Assembly (NCBI GenBank): GCA_000965745.1
Contig: CP009479.1
Coordinates: 416,001-480,000 of the forward strand
DNA length: 64,000 nt
Reading direction: 5' to 3'
Origin: an uncultured archaeon
Lineage (GTDB): Archaea > Thermoplasmatota > Thermoplasmata > Thermoplasmatales > Thermoplasmataceae
Shown here in pieces: positions 28,431 through 39,062 of the stretch (position 1 is its first letter; each line of letters starts with the position of its first letter). Under the pieces are notes generated by a model, which saw only the letters and a program-made list of their open reading frames with translations, did not search any database and was not told the DNA's origin. A program made the position numbers and the translations under genes.

Positions 28431-29876
28431 ATGAGCGTACCCCTCAACAGAGTTGACGATTACACCTACGAAATACCAGTTACATATGACAATTATATGA
28501 ATGTTCCAGGCCTTGTTTATTCCAGCCCAAAGCTCCTCGGGGACGTGCTGGATGATAACGCCTTGCAGCAGGTTGTCAATGTTGCGACACTGCCGGGGAT
28601 CGTGAAAGCTTCCATTGCGATGCCTGACATACATTGGGGCTACGGGTTCCCGATAGGTGGCGTTGCTGCCTTCGACTATGACGAGGGACTTGTATCTCCC
28701 GGTGGAGTCGGGTATGACATAAACTGTGGTGTATCGCTTCTGAGAACGGACCTGAAGGTTGATGACATAAAAGGGAGCATCAAGGATATAGTCAACAACA
28801 TTTACGACCTGGTTCCGGCAGGGCTTGGATCCAGGAAGAAGACAAGGGTGAGTGAACAGGCACTTGAGCAGGTTCTATCCACTGGGGTAAAGTGGGCAAT
28901 ATCCGAGGGTTTCGGGACAGAGAGGGATGCAGAGTACACGGAAGCGGACGGTTCACTGCCATTGGCTAACCCATCAAAAGTTTCAGATCAGGCAAGGAGG
29001 AGGGGTTTAAGCCAGCTCGGGACACTAGGTGCAGGAAACCATTTTCTTGAGATACAGAAAGTTGATGAGATATACGACCGGGAAATGGCGGGAAAATTTG
29101 GGATAACCGGAAAGAATCAGATCACCATCATGATACACACAGGTTCCAGGGGCCTTGGGCACCAGGTGGCCACAGATTATCTTAAGATTCTGGGCACAAG
29201 CCCCGATTCTGTCCAGAACGTCAGAGACAGGCAGCTCATGTCTGCCCATATCAAGACCAGGACAGGCCAGGACTATCTGGGGGCAATGAATGCCGCTGCC
29301 AATTTCGGGTTCGTTAACAGGCAGATAATTGTCCACAATGTTAGAAAAGCCTTTTCAAAGGTTCTGGGAAGCGATTTTGAGTCGCTTGGAATTAGGCTGG
29401 TCTACAGCCTTGCACACAACATAGCCAAAGTAGAGGAGCACCAGGTTGGCGGAAGAAGGATGAAGCTGGTAGTGCACAGAAAGGGGGCAACCCGGGCATT
29501 CCCCGCAGGAAGGCCAGAATTGGGGGAAGTGTTCAGGGAGACCGGGCACCCTGTCCTTATTCCGGGAGACATGGGGAGCGCATCATATGTTCTTGTTGGA
29601 AACAGGGAAAATCTGGAAAGATCCTTCGGGTCAAGCTGCCATGGTGCTGGAAGGGTACTGAGCAGAAAAGCGTCACTTCGCACTTTTACCACTAGTGATG
29701 TCATGTCAAAGCTGGAAGATTATGGAGTATATGTGAAGGCTGCCAGCAGACGCGTCCTGGTGGAGGAAGCCCCAGGGAGTTACAAAAATATTGATGAGGT
29801 CATTGAGGCCGTCCAGGGGGCGAGACTTGCCGACCCTGTGGCGAGACTTGTTCCGATTGGAGTTGTAAAAGGCTGA
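28431..29876 (+). CDS. rtcB: RNA-splicing ligase RtcB
   Basis: MPDIHWGYGFPIGG, GYDINCG, GNHF, HTGSRG, HN, HRKGAT, HGAGR and EEAP motifs. Confidence 0.95.
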   Translation: MSVPLNRVDDYTYEIPVTYDNYMNVPGLVYSSPKLLGDVLDDNALQQVVNVATLPGIVKASIAMPDIHWGYGFPIGGVAAFDYDEGLVSPGGVGYDINCGVSLLRTDLKVDDIKGSIKDIVNNIYDLVPAGLGSRKKTRVSEQALEQVLSTGVKWAISEGFGTERDAEYTEADGSLPLANPSKVSDQARRRGLSQLGTLGAGNHFLEIQKVDEIYDREMAGKFGITGKNQITIMIHTGSRGLGHQVATDYLKILGTSPDSVQNVRDRQLMSAHIKTRTGQDYLGAMNAAANFGFVNRQIIVHNVRKAFSKVLGSDFESLGIRLVYSLAHNIAKVEEHQVGGRRMKLVVHRKGATRAFPAGRPELGEVFRETGHPVLIPGDMGSASYVLVGNRENLERSFGSSCHGAGRVLSRKASLRTFTTSDVMSKLEDYGVYVKAASRRVLVEEAPGSYKNIDEVIEAVQGARLADPVARLVPIGVVKG

Positions 29877-30047
29877 CCCTTGTGTGACCATTGGGATGGC
29901 CCTGTAGTTGTCAAATTTCCCCTGTGGGATGAATCAATTCAGAGTCTGCATCAATCAAAGATTTTACCCTGGCCAATAACTATACAGTTTTACGATAATA
30001 TTTATAAGATTCGGTTTCTTTAGGCGGCTATCGAGAGGAAGATAACA

Positions 30048-32960
30048 GTGAATAGAACAACAGCATTTGCAATTCTGATCTCACTCGCCATGGTGGGAGG
30101 GAGTTTCCTAGTGGTGGGAGAGAGTCAGGCATTGACTCCTCAGACAGGGATAGTGAACGTGACAATTTCGTACGGTGGGACGTTTGGACCTGCCAACAAT
30201 TCTACCGTGTTTACAATTAATGATTTTTCAGGCAGTGTCATTAAACATGGCAATGGACCCACAGGGCAATTTACATTACCCTATGGGAATTACTACGTGG
30301 ATGTAAGTCCGTTATACACAGTATCCTCTTCTGGAGGTAACATAATAGCGAATGGGACGGTGAAGAACTTTACAGTTGATTCCTCTACACTTACATCAGG
30401 CTCAATGCCGCTTCCTGTTGTACTGAGTGCCTCTAAAACAACGCAGAGCAACTTGAGCATGACTGGAATCGCTTCAGGCTCATCAGTTTCCGTTTCACTC
30501 ATAACGCCAACCGGATTCACTTTCGAGAAGTTCTCCTTAAGTTCTTCCAAAAACTACAACAACACTGTTAGATTTCCTAACGGTTACTTCTATGTTAAAG
30601 TGAATTACGCTGGAGCAACCTATACCAACCTGGAGCACGGAACTGCAGCGGTAAGTATTCCACTATCAAGCACTTCGAATGTGTATGGGTTCGTTACATC
30701 GCAGACCGGAGCTTCAATTTCCAACGTGAATGCAGTAATATATGATATAGGAACCCAGAGCTATACAGTAAGTCATTTCACGGCAGGATTTTATAACCTA
30801 CATACCTCGTCTTGGACTGGAAAATATGTGTTCATAGCTTCACCGGGATATGCAGCCAAGCAGCTAACATCAACTCAACTGAACAGTGGAAATGAACAGG
30901 ATGTTATATTACAGAAGGCAAACAGCTCTGTATACTACAATTATTCCCTTTCATCTGATCTTCATACATTGAACCTCAAAGTAACTTACAATCTTGGAAA
31001 TAGCACTGCACTTCCATACTATTTTGGTAATTCAACCATTGGTTCCCTATACATGCAGGAATCCATGGATGGGTTAGACACGACCCCCTCCAAAGTTTCC
31101 AACTTCTTACAGGCCCTGATGGCAAATTACACGACAAACATGATCAGCGTGGCTGGAAAAGCCTATAACATATCTTATCTTGGCACACCTGTTGTAACAA
31201 CAAGCAGTGGCGGCATACTTCAGGCAAACGTCAACGCCACATATACTAGTAATGAAGTTGCATCTTCGCTCGGTTCAACAGGATATTCTGTTGAGTTGTA
31301 TGCTCTTGGAACTCAAACCACGCCTGGCTCACTGTATTACCATTACAACTTCACATACAGCAACCCCGGACTTTCGCTGTCCAGCAGCTCTTCATCAACA
31401 AGCACTTTCAAGAGCCCGATACTCCTGAATCCAGTAACATCCAGCCAGTGGGTTACACTCACACTTAAACCGGTCAAAGAGCCGGCGGTCGTGGATTCAG
31501 AGATAAACCTTTTCTGGACAGGCATCACCTCTAACAACTACGTCCTTAACACAAGCGCGACAAACACGGCTTTCATAGCACCAAATGGAGTACCCGTTAG
31601 CCTGAATGCGTCAAATGCATACTTCAACCCGGTAACGGGAACAAACGACTACCAGTATGCAACCTTCACCTGGCAGGTAGTTGGCGGAAGCATGTACACC
31701 GGATACAACACCACCATAACATTCAACGCACCATCTACAAAGGTGATTCTGAATGCAACAAGCCCGTCCGGTTCAACCAACACTTCAACATTCACAGTGA
31801 TAACATCGACTGCAAACCCATCGGCCAACTATTCAGTTTCACTGGCAGGTAAAACTCTGAGTTCGGGACCCGGAGCACCTTCGCCAGTTTCAATAACAGT
31901 TCCCCAGTCGTCACTTGTTACATACAGTGCATACCTATCTTCGCTGAATGTCAGTGGATACAGCGTCCCGCTTGAGTATCACTGGTATATGCCGGGATAC
32001 GCCAGCGCGGCACAGAACATAACTTATGCTTTCAGCAAGCCATACATCGCAACAGGTGTTGGGCTCCAGACTGCATACCTGAATGTGTCCACTGTGTTTG
32101 GAACATACAAGAATGTAACATTCAGTGTTAACGTGACAGATACAACACCGCCGGTTCCGTCAATGAAGCTTACAAATGCAGCCGGATCTTCAATCTCACA
32201 GCCTACTGCGGGAGCACCAACAGTATTCTCTGCAAATACGTCGACGGATCCATACTACGCGACCAGCCAGCTTACCTATAGCTGGGCAGTGAAATATCCA
32301 AACGGAACTGCAGTGAAGAACGGCTCTTCAACATACAATGTAGTAGGCGGCTCAATGACTGGTTCATATGTGATGTTGAAGTTCAACACTCTAAGTACAA
32401 TGGTAGTGTCGCTTAAGGCTACAAACCCATCCAATGTATCTGCTTACAACAACAAGACCGTCAACATGATAGTCAACACGCCAAGAATTGTCGTGAACAG
32501 CATATACGTCAAGGACAACCTTACACAGGGCAGTCAGTCAACAATATACATAAACGTGTCAAACAATGGAACAGTGACAGCGAACGACTTCTCAATTGCA
32601 ATACTCATAAATGGAAACCCGGTTGCTTCCCAGACATATGCAAGGAACCTGACTGTTGGCCAGAGCGCAAATGTGAGCTTCAACTACACTCCAACAACCT
32701 CAGGCAAGGTAACACTGGTATTCCAGGCCAACAACTCATCAGAGCCTGCCTTCATGGCACCACTTGGGAGCTACACAACAACATTGACAATAAACGCACC
32801 AGCATACAAGACTCCACTGATAATCGGCTCGATTATTGCTGTGATTGTAATAGTTGGTTTGGTTTACTACAGACTTAGTTCAGGGAAAACAACGAAGAAG
32901 CCGAAACAGCAACCAAAGCCAAAGACAGAACTGAAGAAGCCGGCTGAAAAGAAGAAATAA
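30048..32960 (+). CDS. large cell-surface glycoprotein (signal peptide, PKD-like repeats, CARDB, C-terminal TM and Lys-rich tail)
   Basis: Sec signal, Ser/Thr/Asn-rich beta domains, V.NNG...A CARDB motif, C-terminal TM followed by KK-rich tail. Confidence 0.8.
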   Translation: MNRTTAFAILISLAMVGGSFLVVGESQALTPQTGIVNVTISYGGTFGPANNSTVFTINDFSGSVIKHGNGPTGQFTLPYGNYYVDVSPLYTVSSSGGNIIANGTVKNFTVDSSTLTSGSMPLPVVLSASKTTQSNLSMTGIASGSSVSVSLITPTGFTFEKFSLSSSKNYNNTVRFPNGYFYVKVNYAGATYTNLEHGTAAVSIPLSSTSNVYGFVTSQTGASISNVNAVIYDIGTQSYTVSHFTAGFYNLHTSSWTGKYVFIASPGYAAKQLTSTQLNSGNEQDVILQKANSSVYYNYSLSSDLHTLNLKVTYNLGNSTALPYYFGNSTIGSLYMQESMDGLDTTPSKVSNFLQALMANYTTNMISVAGKAYNISYLGTPVVTTSSGGILQANVNATYTSNEVASSLGSTGYSVELYALGTQTTPGSLYYHYNFTYSNPGLSLSSSSSSTSTFKSPILLNPVTSSQWVTLTLKPVKEPAVVDSEINLFWTGITSNNYVLNTSATNTAFIAPNGVPVSLNASNAYFNPVTGTNDYQYATFTWQVVGGSMYTGYNTTITFNAPSTKVILNATSPSGSTNTSTFTVITSTANPSANYSVSLAGKTLSSGPGAPSPVSITVPQSSLVTYSAYLSSLNVSGYSVPLEYHWYMPGYASAAQNITYAFSKPYIATGVGLQTAYLNVSTVFGTYKNVTFSVNVTDTTPPVPSMKLTNAAGSSISQPTAGAPTVFSANTSTDPYYATSQLTYSWAVKYPNGTAVKNGSSTYNVVGGSMTGSYVMLKFNTLSTMVVSLKATNPSNVSAYNNKTVNMIVNTPRIVVNSIYVKDNLTQGSQSTIYINVSNNGTVTANDFSIAILINGNPVASQTYARNLTVGQSANVSFNYTPTTSGKVTLVFQANNSSEPAFMAPLGSYTTTLTINAPAYKTPLIIGSIIAVIVIVGLVYYRLSSGKTTKKPKQQPKPKTELKKPAEKKK

Positions 32961-32966
32961 TTTTTT

Positions 32967-34622
32967 TTACATTTCTTCCAACAATTTTATTCCAATAATT
33001 TTGCAGGAATCCTGCAGTATATTTTTGTACATTTTTACAAGTTCAAGACGCCTGTTTCTGACATCGCTGTCTTCATCGAGAACAGTGCAGTTTGAATAGA
33101 AATCATTGAATTTCTTGACCAGGGACAGCGAATAGTTTGCGATTATATCGGGCCTCAAGGATTTTGTAGCCTGTATCAGGTGGTAAGGGTAGAAGTACAT
33201 CTGGCGCAGCAGATCTCCCTCGTATTTGTTGAATTCAATTGAAACAGGCTTCTGCGAGCCTTCAACCTTCCTGAGAATGCTTGATGCCCTTGCATATGAG
33301 TACATTATGAACGGTGCAGAATCTCCCTCGAAATTCAGGGCTTCTGACCATTTGAATATCATGGACTTGTTTGCGCCCACACGAATTATGTTGAACCGTA
33401 TTGATGAGGCTGCTACTGCTTCCGATATTGATTTAAGAGTTTCTTCCTCAAGGTCTGGCCTTTTTTCTTTTACAATGTCGTATGATTCTTCATTCATTCT
33501 TTCAATCAGGCCTGGGAGAGATACAACGTTACCTTTCCTTGTGGACATCTTCCCCGATTCAAGCCTCACGAACCCGTAGTATGTGATGTCGATTCTGTTC
33601 TCAATGTCAAGCATGTTCCTGAGCACGTATTGCAGCGATGTCCCATGAAGCTTATGGTCCTCGCCCAGTATGTTTACAAGCCAGTCATAGTTCTGAAGCT
33701 TGTAGAGATGATAAGCAATATCCCTCGCAAAATATAGTGAGGTGCCATCCCTCCTTTTGAGAAAGATCTTCCTTTCGTTTGGAAGTTCAACGTACAATGC
33801 GCCATCCTCGTCCTTGAGGTGCTCTTCCATTCCCTCTAGAATATGATCTATCTCCCCGCTTCTTATGAAATCGGACTCGAATGTGTAATCGTTGTGCTCT
33901 ATGCCAATGTCCTTGAGTGATTTTTTTATTCCTTCCAGCATGATTGACGCAATCTCATGTATCTCGTCTATCAGTTCGTTGTCTCCCTTCTCATACCTTT
34001 CGGTCAGGGACTTGATTGAGTCTTCTATGCCTGGGTCTTCCCTGACCTTCGTGTAGATCTCCCTGTAACCTTCCAGCAGTGCGTTCTCGTTCAGTTCCTT
34101 TGAGAAACGCTTGTGCCCCTCGTACAGGAAAAGCATCTGCTTTCCGGAATCGTTTATAAAATACTGGGTTGTAACGCGGTATCCGTATCTCTCAAGGAGC
34201 CTGGCAGTTGAATCGCCAATTATGGAATTGCGTGCCCTTCCCACATGCAGCGGCCCGGTTGGATTTGCGCTGGTATGTTCAACCGACACCCTTTCCGGGT
34301 CCTGGAAAATGTCAGGGTACTGTCCCTTGACCTGAAGAGATTCTTCTATCTCTTTGAAATAGGTCTCCGGCTTGATTGAAAAATTGACGTAATTGCCCAC
34401 TCTGGCAATGCCGCCTATGAATTCCAGCCCATTGAGGGCGTTTCTGATCCTGTCGTACAATTCTTCGGGAGATTTGTTGTACTGTTTGGATATTCGAAAC
34501 AGCATCAGGGAAAAATCAGCATGTCCGGATTTGTCTATGTCAATATCCCTTTTCTCCAATCCAGGGACAGCCTGTTTCGCTGCCTCGAATATTTTCTCCA
34601 TGAGATCGTTGAACAGGAGCAT
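32967..34622 (-). CDS. argS: arginine--tRNA ligase
   Basis: EHTSANPTGPLHVGRARN (HIGH-like), KMSTRKG and YSYARASSIL. Confidence 0.95.
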   Translation of the reverse strand: MLLFNDLMEKIFEAAKQAVPGLEKRDIDIDKSGHADFSLMLFRISKQYNKSPEELYDRIRNALNGLEFIGGIARVGNYVNFSIKPETYFKEIEESLQVKGQYPDIFQDPERVSVEHTSANPTGPLHVGRARNSIIGDSTARLLERYGYRVTTQYFINDSGKQMLFLYEGHKRFSKELNENALLEGYREIYTKVREDPGIEDSIKSLTERYEKGDNELIDEIHEIASIMLEGIKKSLKDIGIEHNDYTFESDFIRSGEIDHILEGMEEHLKDEDGALYVELPNERKIFLKRRDGTSLYFARDIAYHLYKLQNYDWLVNILGEDHKLHGTSLQYVLRNMLDIENRIDITYYGFVRLESGKMSTRKGNVVSLPGLIERMNEESYDIVKEKRPDLEEETLKSISEAVAASSIRFNIIRVGANKSMIFKWSEALNFEGDSAPFIMYSYARASSILRKVEGSQKPVSIEFNKYEGDLLRQMYFYPYHLIQATKSLRPDIIANYSLSLVKKFNDFYSNCTVLDEDSDVRNRRLELVKMYKNILQDSCKIIGIKLLEEM

Positions 34623-34667
34623 GAGAAACGATTGTCACAGCGTATAAAACCGTTTGCTGAAACAAAA

Positions 34668-35951
34668 TCAGGAAACAGGCTCGATTCTTATTGTTGCGCC
34701 GACCCTCTTCAGGTCATTGAGAAAAGAAGGGTAACTCTTATTGATCCTCTCCACATTTTCATACTCAATTTCATAACCCGAAGCCAGACCGGCAACTATC
34801 GCGCTCATGACCATCCTGTGATCGCTGAACGAGAGTTTTTCAGGGTTGAGTATCTCCTGGCCCCTCCGGATGGTGAGATAATCCTCTCCCTTTTCTATTC
34901 TCGCGCCGAAGCTCTCAGCAAGCCTTATGATCTCACTGTACCGATCAGTTTCCTTAATGCTCAGGCGAGACGGGTTCCTTATCGTAACTCCATCCTTTGA
35001 GAATATTCCAAGGACTGAAACCGGAGGTGCTAGATCGGGAGTAATATCTGCGTCTATTTCCACATGCATCACATAGCTCTTGATTGACCTTGCTATGATC
35101 TTGCTTTCTGAAAAGACAACCGATATGCCTTCGCTTGAAGTCTTGAGCGTATCAACTATTACAGCATCCGCCTGAAGCGAATTATCCGGAAGCCCTTCGA
35201 TGCTGATGCCCTCATCGGATGCAAGAGCGCCCAGAATGAGGAAGAATGCAGCCGATGAATAATCACGCTCAACGTAAAGGTCCTTGACGGGCTCTGCGTT
35301 TGTTCTTGCCACGGTGAAGATGTCGTTTTCACGGTTCACGTCGAATCCCATTGTTTTAAGGCATGAGACTGTGATATCAACGTAGCCCTCTGATGACTTT
35401 GTGCCCCTGACCTCAAGCTTCTTTCCCTCATTGTTGCAGAATGCGAGAAAAAGGAGCAGGGAACTGACATACTGGGAGCTCCTGGTCTGGTCAACCCTGA
35501 CGTCACCGATTTCAATTTCACTTGCGTCGAGATTGATGAAGCCATCCTCCTTCACGGTTATTCTTGCGCCAAGTTCCCTCAGTGCATCTAAGAGCTCGTT
35601 TATGGGCCTCCTGGCAAGTTCCGGCCTTCCGATGAATTCCGTTCTGCACTTCTTTGCTGCCAGCATTCCGACACTGATGCGGTATGAAGTGGCCGACTCC
35701 CCGACGTCCACATATTTTGGGCATCTGAAATCAGGCTCTATCTTGACAGTATCCCCATCGAAGGTGATGGCAGCGCCTGAGCTTCTTACTATTCCAAGGG
35801 CAACCTGCTCATCTTCTGAAAAATAAACTCCGTGCACTGTTACGGGCGAGTTTCCCATGCCGGCCATGAGGATGTATCGCTGTGAATAGCTCTTGGAACC
35901 GGGAGCGCGCAGTGTACCTGTTAAATGTTCACGGAAAATCTTGGCATTCAT
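34668..35951 (-). CDS. aroA: 3-phosphoshikimate 1-carboxyvinyltransferase
   Basis: PGSKS, SSQYVS, KETDR, DHRM and KSYP motifs. Confidence 0.92.
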   Translation of the reverse strand: MNAKIFREHLTGTLRAPGSKSYSQRYILMAGMGNSPVTVHGVYFSEDEQVALGIVRSSGAAITFDGDTVKIEPDFRCPKYVDVGESATSYRISVGMLAAKKCRTEFIGRPELARRPINELLDALRELGARITVKEDGFINLDASEIEIGDVRVDQTRSSQYVSSLLLFLAFCNNEGKKLEVRGTKSSEGYVDITVSCLKTMGFDVNRENDIFTVARTNAEPVKDLYVERDYSSAAFFLILGALASDEGISIEGLPDNSLQADAVIVDTLKTSSEGISVVFSESKIIARSIKSYVMHVEIDADITPDLAPPVSVLGIFSKDGVTIRNPSRLSIKETDRYSEIIRLAESFGARIEKGEDYLTIRRGQEILNPEKLSFSDHRMVMSAIVAGLASGYEIEYENVERINKSYPSFLNDLKRVGATIRIEPVS

Positions 35952-36040
35952 CTGACTGTTTACAACATTATCACATTACTATTTAATTCTGTCAATTCTT
36001 CCCGTCACCGGATAGCTACAATTCGGCCGGGCCGCACAAA

Positions 36041-36880
36041 TCATAACTCCGTGACCATGCTCTCCCTGCCGGAGAAGAGAGACTTCCTGTACTTCACCCC
36101 GAAGAATTTTGTGAGCCCTTTGCCTGCAGAAAGCAATTCCTCTTCGTTGTCGAATATGCCGAAAACCGCGGGCCCTTTCCCGCATTGTGCCGAATACAAC
36201 GCGCCTGATGAGAGCAGATACCTGATCAGGTCACTGTTCTGCCCGTAAATGTATCCCAGAAGGTTCCCGTTTAGGGTCATGGCCTCGTAGAACTTTCTTT
36301 CCTTTATGAGGTCCTGTATTATCTCAGCGTGCCTGGAAAATCTCTTCATGTCGCTCAGATCCACCGATGAGCTTGCTCTTCTTGCCTTGTTGAACGCCAC
36401 TATCACCGGCTTCCCGTCAACTTTCTCCCGGAATATGAGGTTTCTTTCGGTGTTGTTGGTGAAGCATGCGCCACCATAGTAGGAGGAACAGAGATCGTCA
36501 TATGCCCCGGTTGACGATGTGCCGTTGCCGATCGAGAGCTCCGCACTCAAATCCAGCAATTGCTTTTCGCCCATAGATATACCGTTAAGTTTCAGGAATC
36601 CCAGAGTCAGGGACAGTGTGAGAGCGCTGCTGCTCTTGAGCCCCTTGCCCCTGGGAATTGCCTTTGAGACTGTTACTTTGAAGCAGTCCTGCACATCAAA
36701 CCTCTTCTTCAGTAGGTCCAGTGTTTCCGAGATTGTTCCCTGGTTTGAGGCTGGAGTGCTGTCGGATCTGGAAATTGTCAGTTCGATCGGGAGATCGAGT
36801 GCAACGGATGACCCGAATCCAGTGAAGAAAGCAGAAAGAGCTGATATTCCCCCATTGGAGATTACTTTCACCTTATCCAT
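36041..36880 (-). CDS. aroK: archaeal (GHMP-type) shikimate kinase
   Basis: PRGKGLKSSSA, TGAYDD and GKGPA motifs; aro operon context. Confidence 0.88.
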   Translation of the reverse strand: MDKVKVISNGGISALSAFFTGFGSSVALDLPIELTISRSDSTPASNQGTISETLDLLKKRFDVQDCFKVTVSKAIPRGKGLKSSSALTLSLTLGFLKLNGISMGEKQLLDLSAELSIGNGTSSTGAYDDLCSSYYGGACFTNNTERNLIFREKVDGKPVIVAFNKARRASSSVDLSDMKRFSRHAEIIQDLIKERKFYEAMTLNGNLLGYIYGQNSDLIRYLLSSGALYSAQCGKGPAVFGIFDNEEELLSAGKGLTKFFGVKYRKSLFSGRESMVTEL

Positions 36881-37712
36881 TTACGATGCTCTCCCTGATT
36901 GCTATATCTGCAGTGCTTCTGAACAGTTCCTCATCTACAGATCTGCCAAAGAATAGCTTTAGAGACTCGTATCCCTGGTCTATGAAGAAACCGTCTCCAC
37001 TGACCGCCTTCTTCCCGAGTTCCCTGAGCCTTTTTATGAACAGGGTATCAACCGGGTTGTACACAAGGTCTATGCCTGCCTGGCAGTTGAGAATGGCTGA
37101 CTCTATGAATGGGGACTCGCCCGTCTCAGGCCACATTCCTGAAGGTGAGCAGTTGATCAGTATGTCGAAGCTGTCCCTTTGAGACATTTCCTTTGTGCTG
37201 AGGATTTCGTAGCCTTTTTCGAGCACGTATGAAGGAAGTTTTACCGCGGCTGCATCAGGGTTCCGGGAGAAGATTGTGACCTCAGCCTCCGGGTGGCGCC
37301 TGGCCATATAATAAAGAACGGTTCTTGACACACCTCCTGTTCCAGCCACCGCAATGCTGGAATTTTCGAAGTTGAGCCCTCTTCCTGAGCCAAGCTTCTC
37401 CATTGCCAGGTAATCGGTATTGTAGCCCCGGGACTTCCCGTCACAATTTCTTACAAGATTTACCGCGCCAATTTCAGAAGCTGCAGGATCCATGCTGTCC
37501 AGGTACTTCATTATCTGTACCTTGTGCGGTATAGTGACGTTGTAGCCTGAGAAATTTTCCTTTGACAGTTTAACAAATCTCTCCAGGTTTTCAGTCATAA
37601 CGTCAATTGAGAGGTACATGCTCTCAATCCCGGAGGATGAATAGAACCTGTTATAGACTGTCTGGCCGATTGAGTGTGATACCGGCCTGCCGATAAGACC
37701 TGTGAGCAGCAT
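36873..37712 (-). CDS. aroE: shikimate dehydrogenase
   Basis: GRPVSHS, NVTIPHK, GAVN, NTD and DLVYNP motifs. Confidence 0.92.
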   Translation of the reverse strand: MLLTGLIGRPVSHSIGQTVYNRFYSSSGIESMYLSIDVMTENLERFVKLSKENFSGYNVTIPHKVQIMKYLDSMDPAASEIGAVNLVRNCDGKSRGYNTDYLAMEKLGSGRGLNFENSSIAVAGTGGVSRTVLYYMARRHPEAEVTIFSRNPDAAAVKLPSYVLEKGYEILSTKEMSQRDSFDILINCSPSGMWPETGESPFIESAILNCQAGIDLVYNPVDTLFIKRLRELGKKAVSGDGFFIDQGYESLKLFFGRSVDEELFRSTADIAIRESIVNG

Positions 37713-37724
37713 GCAGTATGGTAT

Positions 37725-38828
37725 TCAGTTCCCTAAATTATAACTGTCTGTGAAGGACTTCATGTATGAGAAGATATCCTTGACTGAAGCGCGTATTTTC
37801 TGCGATTTTCCGATCTCCTCAGGTATAACCATGCTCACGTGCCCGTCTGAGGCCTTCTTGTCGTTTGAAATGTACTTGATCATGTTCTGGAGGCCGAGTG
37901 AGTTCAGAGGTGCCAGGCTTATTGAAAACTTTCCAATCACTTCCTGTATTTTCAGCCTCACTTCCCTGCCTGTTATTCCCATCTTCTCCCCAATGTATGC
38001 CTCCGCGAGCATGCCTGTGGCCACTGCGTTTCCGTGTGTCACCTCATTCTTTGAGGCTGATTCTATGCCGTGTGCGATTGTGTGCCCAAAATTGAGCACG
38101 TTGCGTTCTCCTTTCTCGTCGTAATAGTCGCTTGCAACTATATCCCCCTTTGTCCTGATGCATTTCGATATTATCCTGGTGAGGGAGTCTCCGTTCATCA
38201 GGTCATGTATGTCCATCTGGGAATCAAGCATGCTCATTATTGTGTGGTCGCAGACAGCCCCGTACTTTATGATCTCGGATATTCCGTCCCTTACTATGGA
38301 AAGATCAAGCTTTCTGAGAAAGCGGGTATCTGCGAGTATCATCCTTGGGTTGTAGAAGCTCCCTATGACATTCTTCACGCCAGAGAAGTTGATGCCATTC
38401 TTGCCTCCAACGGCGCTGTCCACCTGGGCAAGAAGTGTTGTCGGGAGGGCGATCATGTCAATCCCGCGCTTGTATGTTGATGCAATGTATCCGGCGAGGT
38501 CTCCAACCGTTCCCCCGCCTGCATAGATAAGAAGGCTGCGCCTGCTTACCTGCCTCTCCACGAGAACTCTCATGATCTTCTGGTAGTTTCTGATGTTCTT
38601 CAGCGATTCGCCATCAACAAGTGATATTTTTGTGACGTCTCCGCGGACGGAGTTCAGTTTAGGGATGATGTCCTGATATTTCTGCTCGACGTTTTTGCTT
38701 ACCATAAAAACAATTTCACTGTACTTGTCCACCTCGGACATTAAGTGATCAACTGCTCCTTCACCGACTACGACAGGAATTTCATCGTTATCAATCTGGA
38801 GTGTTATTCTCTCATTTGTGCTTTGTAT
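37725..38828 (-). CDS. aroB: 3-dehydroquinate synthase (bacterial type); probable ATA start
   Basis: GGGTVGDLAG, PTTLLAQVDSAVGGK and LNFGHT. The frame is open 29 codons above the ATG at 38741, up to an ATA 6 nt after GGTGA. Confidence 0.9.
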   Translation of the reverse strand: MQSTNERITLQIDNDEIPVVVGEGAVDHLMSEVDKYSEIVFMVSKNVEQKYQDIIPKLNSVRGDVTKISLVDGESLKNIRNYQKIMRVLVERQVSRRSLLIYAGGGTVGDLAGYIASTYKRGIDMIALPTTLLAQVDSAVGGKNGINFSGVKNVIGSFYNPRMILADTRFLRKLDLSIVRDGISEIIKYGAVCDHTIMSMLDSQMDIHDLMNGDSLTRIISKCIRTKGDIVASDYYDEKGERNVLNFGHTIAHGIESASKNEVTHGNAVATGMLAEAYIGEKMGITGREVRLKIQEVIGKFSISLAPLNSLGLQNMIKYISNDKKASDGHVSMVIPEEIGKSQKIRASVKDIFSYMKSFTDSYNLGN

Positions 38829-39062
38829 CTAGACTCACCGTCCATATAATTGACCATTAAATATATAACTTTGTTGATAGAGATTGCGGAAATCTACCTT
38901 GTGTCAGGATAAAAGACATATTCTGCACTCCTCTATTAACATTAGGTCAGCTGATGCCTTCAGGCTCATTCCTTCAGGTAGCTGAAAACGGGCTACATAC
39001 ATAATTTCCCGCATACGAATATTCAAATACAAAGCCTCGATCAAACCGAACGTGGGAGACTC

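Noticed and set aside
28431-29876. Intein or intron in rtcB (also checked polB2 and cdc6)
   Set aside because: Protein lengths are normal, motifs are contiguous, and no intein signatures are present.
34668-38828. aro operon lacking aroC, aroD and DAHP synthase as a sign of a novel pathway
   Set aside because: Those genes may simply lie elsewhere in the genome; this cannot be judged from one window.
38947-38985. Possible C/D box sRNA (TGATG...CTGA)
   Set aside because: The C box is imperfect and the element is too short for two guide regions.
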